A DNA stretch of 32,000 nucleotides, taken from Mycobacterium bourgelatii (GTDB lineage: Bacteria > Actinomycetota > Actinomycetes > Mycobacteriales > Mycobacteriaceae). The stretch covers positions 1,165,416-1,197,415 of the forward strand of contig NZ_BLKZ01000001.1 of the NCBI RefSeq assembly GCF_010723575.1, written 5' to 3'. A model generated the notes under the pieces. That model was given only the letters and a program-made list of their open reading frames with translations. It was not told where the DNA came from and did no database searches. Below, one piece after another: positions 7,512 through 17,700 of this stretch (its first letter is position 1; every line of letters begins with the position of its first letter). A program made the position numbers and the translations under genes.

Positions 7512-8036
7512 ATGTCGCATTTGATCGTTGCGCCGCCCATGATGATGAAGGCGGCAGAGGACTTGAAAATCATCGGGTCGGACCTCAGCACAGCACATGC
7601 GGCTGCGGCTATGCGCACCGTCGCCGTGGCGCCCGCAGCGGCCGACGAGGTGTCCGCGGGTATCGCGCATCTGTTTTCCCAGTACGCAGAGGGTTATCAC
7701 GCGTTGGCCGAGAAGGCCGCCGCGTTTCAAGCGCAGTTCGTGCGCAGTTTGGACGCGGCGAGGGGCGCCTATCTGACTGCCGAGGAGGCTAATGCTTCAC
7801 TGTTGCAAGTTGGCCCCGCTGCTGTGGTCCACGAGCCGCCGATCGACGTGCCGCCACCCACGCCGTCGCTAATACGCTCTCCGGTTGAGGTGTTCTTCGA
7901 CATGTGGCGCAACACCATTGAATCTCTGTTGCTTCAGCAGATGATGGGCAGGTACAACCTGTTTCTGACGCTCGTGTCCAATGTCTTGAAGACGATGTCT
8001 GACACCATGGGTTCGATAGTGCAGAACCTGAGGTAG
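7512..8036 (+). CDS. PE family protein with a unique non-PGRS C-terminal region (174 aa)
   Basis: MSHLIVAPPMMMKAAEDLKIIGSDLSTAHAAAAMRTVAVAPAAADEVSAGIAHLFSQYAEGYHALAEKAAAFQAQFVRSLDAARGAYLTAEEANAS is a PE domain and includes a YxxxE motif (YLTAE). A Pro-rich linker and a ~50-aa helical-looking tail follow. GAGGA lies 8 nt upstream of the ATG at 7512; the track ORF starts 9 codons earlier. Confidence 0.85.
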   Translation: MSHLIVAPPMMMKAAEDLKIIGSDLSTAHAAAAMRTVAVAPAAADEVSAGIAHLFSQYAEGYHALAEKAAAFQAQFVRSLDAARGAYLTAEEANASLLQVGPAAVVHEPPIDVPPPTPSLIRSPVEVFFDMWRNTIESLLLQQMMGRYNLFLTLVSNVLKTMSDTMGSIVQNLR

Positions 8037-8145
8037 GCGCCAGTCGCGCGGTTACGTCGCCGCCCGTTTCGACTTCAACGCGACAACGTTCCAATCGCTG
8101 TATGTGCGCCTGCGCTTGTCCGCCCGCCATCACGTTCGGGCGCTA

Positions 8146-9588
8146 CTAGCCGCAATCTTCTGGACGCCAGGCTCCCGGCGTTCCGTGCCAGATGATGCGG
8201 ATCGAGGTCCAGCGCTGTGCACCGGCGTCACCGCGAAACAACGCCAGCGCTCCGCAGGCGTATCGCGCGTTGGCGCTCTGCCCGTCGAATGAGTACAGCC
8301 CAGGCACGCCACCGTCGCCCGGGGCGCCGAAGGGCACAAGGTCACCACGCAGCGAGGGCGGTAAGACGGTGTCGAGCAACGCTGCGGCGGTTGCCTTGTC
8401 GAACGCCTCGCCGTGCGGCGCAAAGATGGTCGCTGCGTACGCGTAGCGCTGGCCTTCGGGCGGCTGCACGAAGTTGATAAAAAGATCTACACCCCGGGCG
8501 AGGGTTCGCCGGGCTACAAAGCCGCGCGCCTCGCCCTCCGTATGGAGCCGACGGTAGTGGTAGGCGAGATGCCAGCAGGCGCGCCGGCAGATCTCGGCCT
8601 CGGCGCTGTTGCCGAGCTCGACGAGGATCGGTTCCATGTCGTCGACCTCGTAATCGATCTCCGTGGCCGCCTCCACCGCCAGCTCACGGTGTCCCATGTC
8701 GAGGAGCCGACGTACGTACCCGGGGCGGCCACCGAAGATCTCGTGGGCGAAGAAGTCGATGCCATTGCTGCACGGCAGAGTGTCCGGCTCGGGATGCTTA
8801 CGTTGGGCCAGGATGGTGCACAACCAATCCTCGACCTGCACCTCGGCGCGGTCGGCGAAGTCCTGCATGCCGAAGCCGTACCAATTCGAGAAGAACGGCC
8901 CCGCGATGCCCGGCCGCTCGATCTCCTTGGCGGTAAGCCGCGATGCGAACTCGGGCAGCGGTGGTGAGAGTACCTCTCGAGCGTCGCAGTAGCGTTTGCC
9001 GAGCGCACGTGCAGCGTAGGCGCGCACCATGTCGTCGGCGTGGTCGAGACAGCCGACGAGCGATTCTCCCGGACGCTCCCACGCGGCCCGCCCGTCGAGA
9101 TAGGCGATCCGCGCCGCGAGCTCCAGCGGCGATCCGGCGGCGACCGCCGCGATGAACTCTTCAACGACCCGCTGGGGCGCACAATCAGCCAGGTCTTCGA
9201 CATGGACCTGGTCGTCGATCGTGCGGAGTAATGACTTCTCTCCGCTGCGAACCAGCGGAGTTAGCGCCGGCAACAGTTGAGCCGTGCGGCGTTCTACGTA
9301 GGCCGAGCGTTGCTCCTGGATGGTGTCGTCATACGGCGGTCCGTACTCGGCGCCCATGACGATGCGTGCGTAGTGGTCGCAAAGATCGCGGACCCTGGCG
9401 ACCTCACTGCCGAGCCCGCGTACCAAGACCACGAACAAGCGGTCCCAACAATCGTGCCGCCGCGCGCGCTGCTCGTGAAAGGGGAAGCGCCACAGATCAT
9501 CCAACGCCGCCGCCAGACGAGCGTCGTCGCAGGCAGCCGACGCCGCCTCGAGCTCGCTCAGCCAGGGTTCCCAGTCCTCCGCGCTCAT
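8146..9588 (-). CDS. hypothetical protein, 480 aa, cytoplasmic, possibly HEAT/ARM-like repeats; no family recognised
   Basis: A long ORF with host-like high-GC third positions. All overlapping track ORFs look like shadows (Arg/Ser/Pro-rich). There is no signal peptide or TM segment. One HEAT-like stretch is present (DDMVRAYAARALGKRY). I cannot assign a function from the sequence. Confidence 0.8.
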   Translation of the reverse strand: MSAEDWEPWLSELEAASAACDDARLAAALDDLWRFPFHEQRARRHDCWDRLFVVLVRGLGSEVARVRDLCDHYARIVMGAEYGPPYDDTIQEQRSAYVERRTAQLLPALTPLVRSGEKSLLRTIDDQVHVEDLADCAPQRVVEEFIAAVAAGSPLELAARIAYLDGRAAWERPGESLVGCLDHADDMVRAYAARALGKRYCDAREVLSPPLPEFASRLTAKEIERPGIAGPFFSNWYGFGMQDFADRAEVQVEDWLCTILAQRKHPEPDTLPCSNGIDFFAHEIFGGRPGYVRRLLDMGHRELAVEAATEIDYEVDDMEPILVELGNSAEAEICRRACWHLAYHYRRLHTEGEARGFVARRTLARGVDLFINFVQPPEGQRYAYAATIFAPHGEAFDKATAAALLDTVLPPSLRGDLVPFGAPGDGGVPGLYSFDGQSANARYACGALALFRGDAGAQRWTSIRIIWHGTPGAWRPEDCG

Positions 9589-9714
9589 CGGCCGCCATCA
9601 TCCCGTCTAGGCGTCCGAGATGTCATCCGCGGCGGGCGCCCAGCTCGTCGAACATTGAATTACACACGGTAGCAATGGGATTACAGGAGTCCCGGTGCTA
9701 GCAGGCAGCGGGTG

Positions 9715-9849
9715 TTAGGCGGGGCGCCCGCCGCGGCCGTCGCCGCCGCCGGCGCCCTTGCCGCCGGTGCCGGTGCCGCCCGTGCCGCCGGTGCCAATAC
9801 CGGTGCCGGCTGCTCCGCCGGTGCCACCAACCGGTGAATCGGCTCCGGA
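9715..9849 (-). pseudogene. orphan PGRS-like coding relic immediately 3' of the P450 gene
   Basis: The minus-strand Gly frame reads [44 protein letters not shown] with its stop at 9715-9717. It is preceded in frame by a TGA and has no start codon or PE domain. It begins ~13 nt after the P450 stop (9862-9864). Confidence 0.4.
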
Positions 9850-9861
9850 TCATCCGGTCGG

Positions 9862-11157
9862 CTATTCGTGGAGAACGACAGGGAGTCGTGTCGGCCCGCG
9901 TAGTGAGCTGTTGGTGGACCACGTCGTGGGTCCGGTGACGGAGATTCGTGACACCCGGGAGACCAGTTCGCGGAGGACGGCTTGTGCCTCCATTCGTGCC
10001 AGCGGTGCACCGAGGCACAGGTGTGGACCGTAGCCAAATCCCACGTGGGAGCGTGGGTTTCGGTCGGCGCGGAAGGTATTGGGGTCGTCGAATGCGAGCG
10101 GGTCGCGGTTGGCCGCTCCGAACGACAACATCACGCGTGAACCCGCTGGGATGGTGACCTCGCCGACTTGATAGTCGGCACGTGTGTAGCGGTAGAGGTT
10201 TTGAATGGGACTGGTGTAGCGGACATGTTCTTCGATGGCCTGCGGGATGAGGTCGGGGTTGGCGCGGATCATGTCGTACTGCTCGGGGTAATGGGCGTAG
10301 GTGTGCAGCATCCCGCCAAGAAGGTTGGTTGTGGTCTCATTGCCGGCGATCAGAAGCAGGATGGCGATGTAGAACAACTGGTTGTCGGTTAGCGCCCCAT
10401 CGGAGTTGTGCGCCAATAAGCGGCCGAGGACGGTGTCCGAGTCTTTGAGATGCCCGTCCGCGAGTTGTTTCAAGAAGTAGCGCCGCAGAGCCGCTGCGGC
10501 CCGCAGGGATCGCGTTGTGTTGACGAAACCTTTTACCGTGGGCGTGAAGTTGATTATCTGAGTGCTCTCGTCCGACCAACGGCGGAAGTCGGCGATGTCG
10601 CTCTCCGGGACGCCGAGAATCGCTGCGATCACCCGAAGGGGCATCGGCGTCGTTAACAGCTCTACTGCATCACAGCCGCGCGAAGCGATCATGTCGTCGA
10701 CGAGTTCGGCGGCGAGGCTGTCGATGATGTCGCGCCAACTGTCCAGCGCCCCTTTGGTGAAGGCCGGGTGGACTTGTTTCCGCAGGCGGCTGTGCTGCTC
10801 GCCGTCGGTGAGCACGACGAGATCGGCGACTACCCGTATTCGGGTCACTCCCTCGCTGCTGGTCACCCGGTCGGTGTCGCGCAGCGCTGCGCGGACATCG
10901 TCGAGGCGGTGCAGGATCCAGGTCGCGCGTCGGGGGTTGTAGTGAACACGTCCACTGCGGTGCATGGCGTCGTACGCAGCATGGGGCTGCGCTGCCACTG
11001 CTGGGTCCAGTGGGTCGTAGTCCGTGTTGACCGCACCCGTCCACCCGCTGTACCCACGCCTACGCGTGCGAATCGCCGCCGCGACGTTCAATCGACCCGC
11101 CGCAATGAGCGGCGAGAACATCATGGCGGCACCGTCAGTGGCCTTTGCAACCTTCAA
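9862..11157 (-). CDS. cytochrome P450 monooxygenase
   Basis: Heme-binding loop FGYGPHLCLGAPLA (FxxGxHxCxG), I-helix AGNETT, and an ExxR-type EEHVRY block. The track ORF starts at TTG 11157; an alternative ATG at 11124 would give 420 aa. Confidence 0.9.
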   Translation of the reverse strand: MKVAKATDGAAMMFSPLIAAGRLNVAAAIRTRRRGYSGWTGAVNTDYDPLDPAVAAQPHAAYDAMHRSGRVHYNPRRATWILHRLDDVRAALRDTDRVTSSEGVTRIRVVADLVVLTDGEQHSRLRKQVHPAFTKGALDSWRDIIDSLAAELVDDMIASRGCDAVELLTTPMPLRVIAAILGVPESDIADFRRWSDESTQIINFTPTVKGFVNTTRSLRAAAALRRYFLKQLADGHLKDSDTVLGRLLAHNSDGALTDNQLFYIAILLLIAGNETTTNLLGGMLHTYAHYPEQYDMIRANPDLIPQAIEEHVRYTSPIQNLYRYTRADYQVGEVTIPAGSRVMLSFGAANRDPLAFDDPNTFRADRNPRSHVGFGYGPHLCLGAPLARMEAQAVLRELVSRVSRISVTGPTTWSTNSSLRGPTRLPVVLHE

Positions 11158-11372
11158 GTTTCAGCGCACCTTTCCCGAGAGCTCACCTAAGACTCGGTAG
11201 GGCCACCCAGGCGGTCAATACCTCGTGATGAAGTTGAAAGGCCGCGCGCCGGGCCAACGAACACAGCGGTCGTCAGAACGGGTCACAACCTGCGCATACT
11301 GCTGAGACATTTTGAGTGAAGTGTCTCGCGGTGATAGGGCGGGTTTGTTGTCTATCTCTTTCCTAAGCGGCG

Positions 11373-11759
11373 CTAGCGCACCGTGACGTCGATCGCGAAG
11401 CGGCGCGCGACGTGGTCGCTGTTGTCCGCCTGCACCAGGGTGACGTGCACAGTTCCGGCACGGCCGGCCCGGTATTTGCTGGTGAACGTTCCACCCTCGC
11501 CGCCGCCAGGAGGCTTGCGCGCGGGTTCGAATCTCATCCCTAACGGTTCGAGAACCGAGGTGTCGTATGTCCGCTCGTCACGCCACTGATGGTGCGACGT
11601 CTCATAGTCGTCGGCCAGGACGATGTCCAACATCTGGCCGCCCTTGAGTTCGATGTGACGACCGTTGTCGGAATCGTTAACCGTCACGTATCTCCCCGAC
11701 GAGCACCCAGCCACCAACAACAGGCAGCACACCGACAGAAGTGCCCTGATCCAGTGCAC
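11373..11759 (-). CDS. putative lipoprotein, 128 aa (possible chagasin/I42-like inhibitor fold; the fold assignment is tentative)
   Basis: Signal peptide MHWIRALLSVCCLLLVAGCSSG with the lipobox LVAG|C and a GTG start at 11759. The mature part is a short all-beta-looking domain. Its GGGEGGTF block and spacing are reminiscent of the chagasin GxGG motif, but the NPTTG and RPW motifs are not conserved. Confidence 0.75.
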   Translation of the reverse strand: MHWIRALLSVCCLLLVAGCSSGRYVTVNDSDNGRHIELKGGQMLDIVLADDYETSHHQWRDERTYDTSVLEPLGMRFEPARKPPGGGEGGTFTSKYRAGRAGTVHVTLVQADNSDHVARRFAIDVTVR

Positions 11760-11785
11760 GCCTTACACGCTAGCGCGTAGCGGCT

Positions 11786-14700
11786 TTAGGAACCGCCGTT
11801 GCCGCCGTCACCGGCCTTGCCGCCGCTGCCGCCGGTAACGCCCACGGCAACGCCACCCGGCCCGCCCGCGCTCCCGGCGCTACCGGCGTTGCCGTTGCCG
11901 GCGGTACCACCGTGGCCACCAGTGCCGCCCTGGCCGCCGTTGGCTCCGGCACCGGCTGTGCTGCCGGCGCCTGTGGCGGCGCCGCCGTTGCCGCCGGTTC
12001 CGCCGGTGCCGCCATTGCCCCCCTTGGCGCCGACCGCCGACGAGCCGGGGGAGGCGTTGCCGCCGGCGCCACCTTCGCCGGCTTGGCCGCCTATGCCGCC
12101 GTTGCCGCCGACGCCGCCGACGCCCACCGCACCGCCGGCGCCGCCGGCGCCGCCGTTACCCCCGACGCCGCCCGCGCCGGCCGCGACTGGGGTGCCGCCG
12201 ACGGTGTGGCTGTTGTTGCCATGCCCGCCATTGCCGCCGGTGCCGCCCGCGCCGCCGACTCCGCCGAAGTTCTGGGCGAGGCCGCCGGTGCTGGCACCAC
12301 CGGCACCGCCCGCGCCGCCGGCCCCACCACCGCCGCCCGCGAGTGGCACCGGCGCGGTTTGAAGCGCGATGTTGCTGCCGCTGCCGCCCTTGCCGCCGTT
12401 CCCGCCGGCGCCGCCGGTCGCGACGAGGTCGCCGATGCCGCCGGCGCCGCCATTGCCGCCGTTCCCGCCAGCGCCGCCGGTGGGACCGGGCGGCAACGGA
12501 CCAATGAGCCCAAGGTCGACGGCGTTACTGCCGTTGCCGCCGTTGCCGCCCTTTCCGCCGGTGCCGCCGACGGGGCTGGCGGCACCGCCGCTGCCGGAAA
12601 TGCCGGCGTCGCCACCGTGCCCGCCGTGGCCGCCGTTGCTGCTTGTCTGGGACAGGTTGCCGTTGCTGCCGCCATCGCCGCCGTGGCCGCCGTGGCCGCC
12701 GGAGCCGCTGGCCCCGTTGGTGCCGCCGGTGCCGGAGTTGCCGCCGTTGCCGCCCTTTCCGCCGGCCCCACCGCTGCCGCCGTTGTGCCCAGGGCTTTCA
12801 CCAGTACCGTTGGCGCCCTTGGCGCCGTCGCCGCCGTTGCCACCGGTGCCGCCCGCGCCGCCGTTTCCGGCCTTGGCCCCGGCACCCGCGTTGCCGCCAT
12901 TGCCGCCGGTGCCGCCGGCACCGCCGGACGGAGCGGTCGCGCCGGTGTCAGCCCCGGCGTTGCCGCCGTTTCCGCCAGCTCCGCCGGTGCCGCCGTTACC
13001 GCCGACGCTGCCGACACCACTGGCGTTGCCCCCGTTTCCGCCGAGCCCGCCGGTGCCACCGATGTCGCCGGAGTTGCCCGCGCTGCCGACGAGGCCGTCC
13101 GCTCCCTTTCCGCCGTTGCCGCCGTTGCCGCCGATCCCGCCCGCGCCCGCGGTGGCGCCGCTACCGACCGCGCCGGCGTCGCCACCATTGCCGCCATTGC
13201 CGCCAGAGGCAGCGGTGACGCCGGTGCCAAGGGTGTCGGCGCCACCGTTGGCGCCGTTGCCTCCGTGACCGCCGTTGCCGGCTTTGCCGCCGACACTGTT
13301 GGCGCCGCTGGCGTTGCCGCCGTCGCCACCGGAGCCGCCTGCCCCGCCGTGGTTACCGACAAGGTTGCTGTTGACCACCGAATTGCCGTTGCTGCCGTCG
13401 CCACCGGCGCCACCGACACCGCCCTGGCCCGCTGTGGCCCCGCTGCCTGCCTTGCCGGCATCGCCCCCGTCGCCGCCGGCTCCGCCGGACGGAGCGGTGC
13501 CGCCACCAGTGCTGGTGTCGACCCCGCCGTGTCCGCCGTTGCCGCCTTGGCCGCCGTGCCCGGCGTTGCCGCCGACGCTGCCGACCCCGCTGGCGTTGCC
13601 GCCGTTGCCGCCGGCCCCACCGTGGCCGCCGTTGTTCCCGGCCTGGCCGGCGGCGCCGCTCTTGGCGTTGCCGCCCGCGCCACCGTCGCCGCCGTTTCCG
13701 CCGGTGCCGCCCTTGACTGGGCCGCTGATGCCGCCGGTCCCGACCGTGCCGGCGTTGCCGCCGTTGCCGCCCGCACCGCCGGCCGGGGCGGTGGCGCCAT
13801 TGGTTCCTATGTCCGCTCCGCCGTCGCCACCCTTGCCGCCGTTGCCGCCGTGGCCGGCATTACCCGCAGTGCCGCCGGTGCCCGAGGCGTTCCCGCCGTT
13901 GCCGCCGATGCCGCCGTTGCCGCCGTGGCCGCCGCTGTCGCCGTTGGCTCCATTGGCGCCGGCACCGCCGTTGCCGCCGTTGCCGCCGGCGCCGGAAACG
14001 CCACCGGTAGTGCCGGCGGCAAGGACCGTACCCGCCCGACCGCCGTTACCGCCTCGGCCACCGTTGCCGCCCGCGGGGGCGCTGGAGCCGCCCGTGCCGG
14101 TGTCGGTTCCGCCGGCACCGCCATTGCCGCCGTTGCCGCCGTTGCCGCCGTTGCCGGCCTGGCCGCCCACGCCGCCGGCGTTGCCGCCATTGCCGCCGTT
14201 GCCGCCGACGCCGCCGTGGTCTCCGGCCTGACCCGGGGTGTCGACCCCGCCGTTGCCGTTGCCGCCGTTGCCGCCATGTCCACCGTTGCCGCCATGTCCG
14301 CCATTGCCGGATTTCGCGCCGCTGCCCACCACGCCGGCGTTGCCCCCGTTGCCGCCCGCCCCGCCGGCCGCAGCGGTGGCGCCGCCCGTGCCTACGTCGA
14401 TGCCGTCGCCGCCATCGCCGCCGTTTCCGCCGTTACCAGCATTGCCGCCGACGCTGTCGGTGCCAGTGGCCTTGCCGCCGTTACCGCCCGCCGCGCCGTG
14501 GCCGCCGGCGCCGCCTGCCACTGCGCCGAGTTGACCGTTGCCGCCGTGTGCGCCAGCACCGCCGTCGCCACCCGTCCCGCCGACGCTATCGGTACCCACG
14601 GCGTTGCCGCCGTTGCCGCCGGCCCCGCCGTTGCCGCCGTTGTGGCCCTGCCCGCCGTTGCCACCGTGGCCGCCTTGTCCGCCGCGGCCGCCGAGGCCGT

Positions 14701-17700
14701 TGGTGGCGCCGGTGCCGGCATTCCCGGCGTTGCCGCCGTTGCCGCCGGCGTTGCCGTTGCCGCCCTTGCCGGTGGTGGCCGTGCCGCCGTTGCCGGCGTT
14801 GCCACCGGTACCGCCGTTACCGGCATCGCCGCCGATGCCGGTGCCGGTGGCGGAGCCGCCGTTGCCACCCGCGCCGCCGTGGCCCCCCTCGCCACCGTTG
14901 CTGCCGTTGACGCTGCCTGCATTGCTCACGCCGCCTGTACCGCCGGCGCCGCCCTGCCCGCCGGAGCCGCCGCTGCCGGCAATGCCGCCAGATCCGGCGC
15001 TGCCGCCGTTGCCGCCGTGGCCGGCATTGCCGCCGTTACCTCCGTTGTCGACGCCGTTGACGAAGGCGGGATTGGTGGCGCCATTGCCGCCGTGGCCGCC
15101 GTTGCCGCCACTGCCACCGGCGCCACCGTTGCCCGAGATCGCGCCGGTGCCGCCGGCACCGCCATTGCCTCCGTGGCCGCCGGCGCCGCCATTGCTGGCT
15201 TTTTGAACGAGGGTGTCGCCGCCGTTGCCGCCGTTGCCGCCGCTACCGCCATTGCCTCCGTTGCCGCCGGTGCCAGTGGCACCGCCGCTGCCCCCGTTAC
15301 CGCCGGCGCCACCGTCGCCGCCGGCGTCGCCGTTGATGCCCGAGATCCCGTTGGAGGGGTTGGAACTGCCGTTGCCGCCATTGCCGCCGTTGCCGCCCGT
15401 GCCGCCGGCGCCAGCGGTGGCACCGATGCCAGCGACACCGGCGTCACCGCCATTGCCGCCAGCCCCGCCGGTGTAGCCGATGAGTTGGCCGGTTTGGTCG
15501 CCGACAGAGCCCAGCGCGTTGCCGCCGTTTCCGCCGTTGCCGCCGTTGCCCGCTTTGCCGCCGACGCTTCCCGCGCCGGTGGCGTTGCCGCCGTTGCCAC
15601 CCGCGCCGCCCTTGCCGCCGTTGTCGCCGGGGGTCTTGACCTCGGTGGCGTTGTTGCCGTTGACGCCGTTTCCGCCGTTGCCGCCGTCACCACCGACTCC
15701 GCCCGCGCCGTCCTGCGCGGTGCCAATGCCGATCTTGCCGGCGTCGCCGCCGTTGCCGCCGGTCCCGCCCGCTGGGGCGTCGACGCCGCCGGTGCCGGTG
15801 TCCTTGGCGCCGTCGCCGCCGTTGCCGCCGGCGCCGCCGTTGCCCGCTTTGCCGCCGATGGCCCCGGCGCCGGAAGCGTTGCCGCCGTCGCCGCCTGCCC
15901 CGCCATGGCCGCCGTTGTCGCCGGTGTTGCCGTTGCTTCCGGCGCCGCCATTCCCGCCTGCCCCGCCGATGCCGCCGTCGCCGTGCGCGGCGCCGGTGCC
16001 AGCCAGGCCGGCGTCGCCGCCGTTGCCGCCGTTGCCACCGGACGGGGCGGTGGTGCCGCCGGTGCCGGTGTCGGCCCCGCCGTTGCCTCCGTTGCCGCCT
16101 TGGCCACCGTTGCCGGCCTTGCCGCCGATGCTGCCGGTGCCCGTGGCATTGCCGCCGTTGCCGCCCGCGCCGCCCTTACCGCCGGCGGATCCGGCTTGAC
16201 CCGCGGCGCCGTTACTGCCGAGTCCACCGGTGCCGCCTACACCCCCGGCGCCACCGATGCCGCCCATGCCTTCGGTCTCGCCACTGCCGACGCTGCCGGC
16301 GTTGCCCCCCTTGCCACCGGCACCACCGGCTCCGGCGCCGGTTCCGATGTCCGCGCCGCCGGCGCCGCCGGCGCCGCCGTTACCGCCGTTACCGGCATTG
16401 CCGCCGACACTTCCGGCGCCGGTGGCGTTACCGCCGTTGCCGCCCGCGCCGCCGCTGCCACCGGTGTTTCCCACTTGGCCGCCGAGGCCGTCCGCCGCTA
16501 TGCGCCCGTTGCCCCCGTTGCCGCCGTTGCCGCCCCTGCCGCCCTTGCCCGCGGTGGCCCCGGTGCCGGCCGTGCCGGCGTCGCCGCCGTTGCCACCGGC
16601 GCCACCGGATGGAGCCATGCCGGAGCCAACACTGTCGACGCCTCCGTTGCCTCCGTTGCCCCCGTTTCCGCCGTTGCCGGCATTGCCGCCGATACCGGTG
16701 GCGCCACCCGAGCCGCCGTTGCCGCCGACGCCACCGTTGCCGCCAACGAAGCCCGCATTGCCGACGTTGGCTGAGGCGCCGTTACTGCCGTTGCCGCCCG
16801 TTCCCCCAGCGCCGCCCCGGCCGCCGAGGCCCGTTGTGGTCCCGGTGCCGGCTGTGCCGGCGTCGCCGCCATTGCCACCCGCGCCACCCGCGGCGCCGGC
16901 GCCGCCCGTGTTACCGAATTGGTCGCTCAAACCGCCGTTGCCGCCCGTGCCGCCGGCCCCGCCGTCACCGGCATTGCCACCGATGCCGCCGTGGCCGCCG
17001 TTGCCGCCCGTCCCGCCGGCACCGCCCTGGCCGCCGGCGCCGCCCTGCAGGCCCGACTGCAACGCGGTGCTGCCGCCGTCGCCGCCATTACCGCCGCGGC
17101 CACCGGCGCCCCCAGCGCCCGCGATACCGCCCGGCCCAGAGTTACCGCCAACACCGCCGCTTCCGCCGGTGCCACCGGCGAAGCCCACTGCCCCGGGCGC
17201 GCCCTGCGCGCCGTCCGCGCCCACACCGCCTTGGCCGCCGGCGCCGCCGTGGCCATAGGCGCCGATCGTGCTGCCGAACCCGCCAGCCCCGGCGTCACCG
17301 CCGCGCCCGCCCGCCCCGCCATTGCCGCCAACACCAGAGGTGCTAAGGCCCGCACCGCCGGCTCCTCCATCACCGCCGTCGCCGCCCACCCCACCAGGAC
17401 CGGTGGTGCCGGAAAGCTGGCTGCCGGCACCCCCTGCGCCGCCGACCCCGCCAGCCCCGCCGGCACCACCCACGCCGCCGGGCAGCCCCTCGCCGCCTGC
17501 CCCGCCGGCACCGCCGGCGCCCCCGGCACCCCCGACGCCGCCAAATGCTTGGGCATTGGCGCCCCCGACGCCGCCCATACCTCCGGGTCCGCCGGCCTGG
17601 CCCGGCGCACCCGGTGCGCCTGCCCCGCCGTTGCCGCCGACGCCGGGGATACCTCCGGCCGCCCCGCTGGCGCCGCCGTTGCCGCCGTTGCCGCCTGCAC

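Noticed and set aside
8413-9672. Plus-strand ORFs (184, 109, 70, 63 and 131 aa) and minus alternate-frame ORFs (229 and 94 aa) overlapping 8146-9588
   Set aside because: They are shadows of the 480-aa minus-strand ORF. They are Arg/Pro/Ser-rich and have no independent start context.
11912-16774. 1620-aa Ala-rich plus-strand ORF, plus many Pro-rich (PPxPP) and Arg/Cys-rich ORFs on both strands across 11.8-18.3 kb
   Set aside because: All six frames stay open in GGN-repeat DNA. Only the minus-strand frame starting at 18277 has a PE domain, an RBS and a coherent PGRS sequence.
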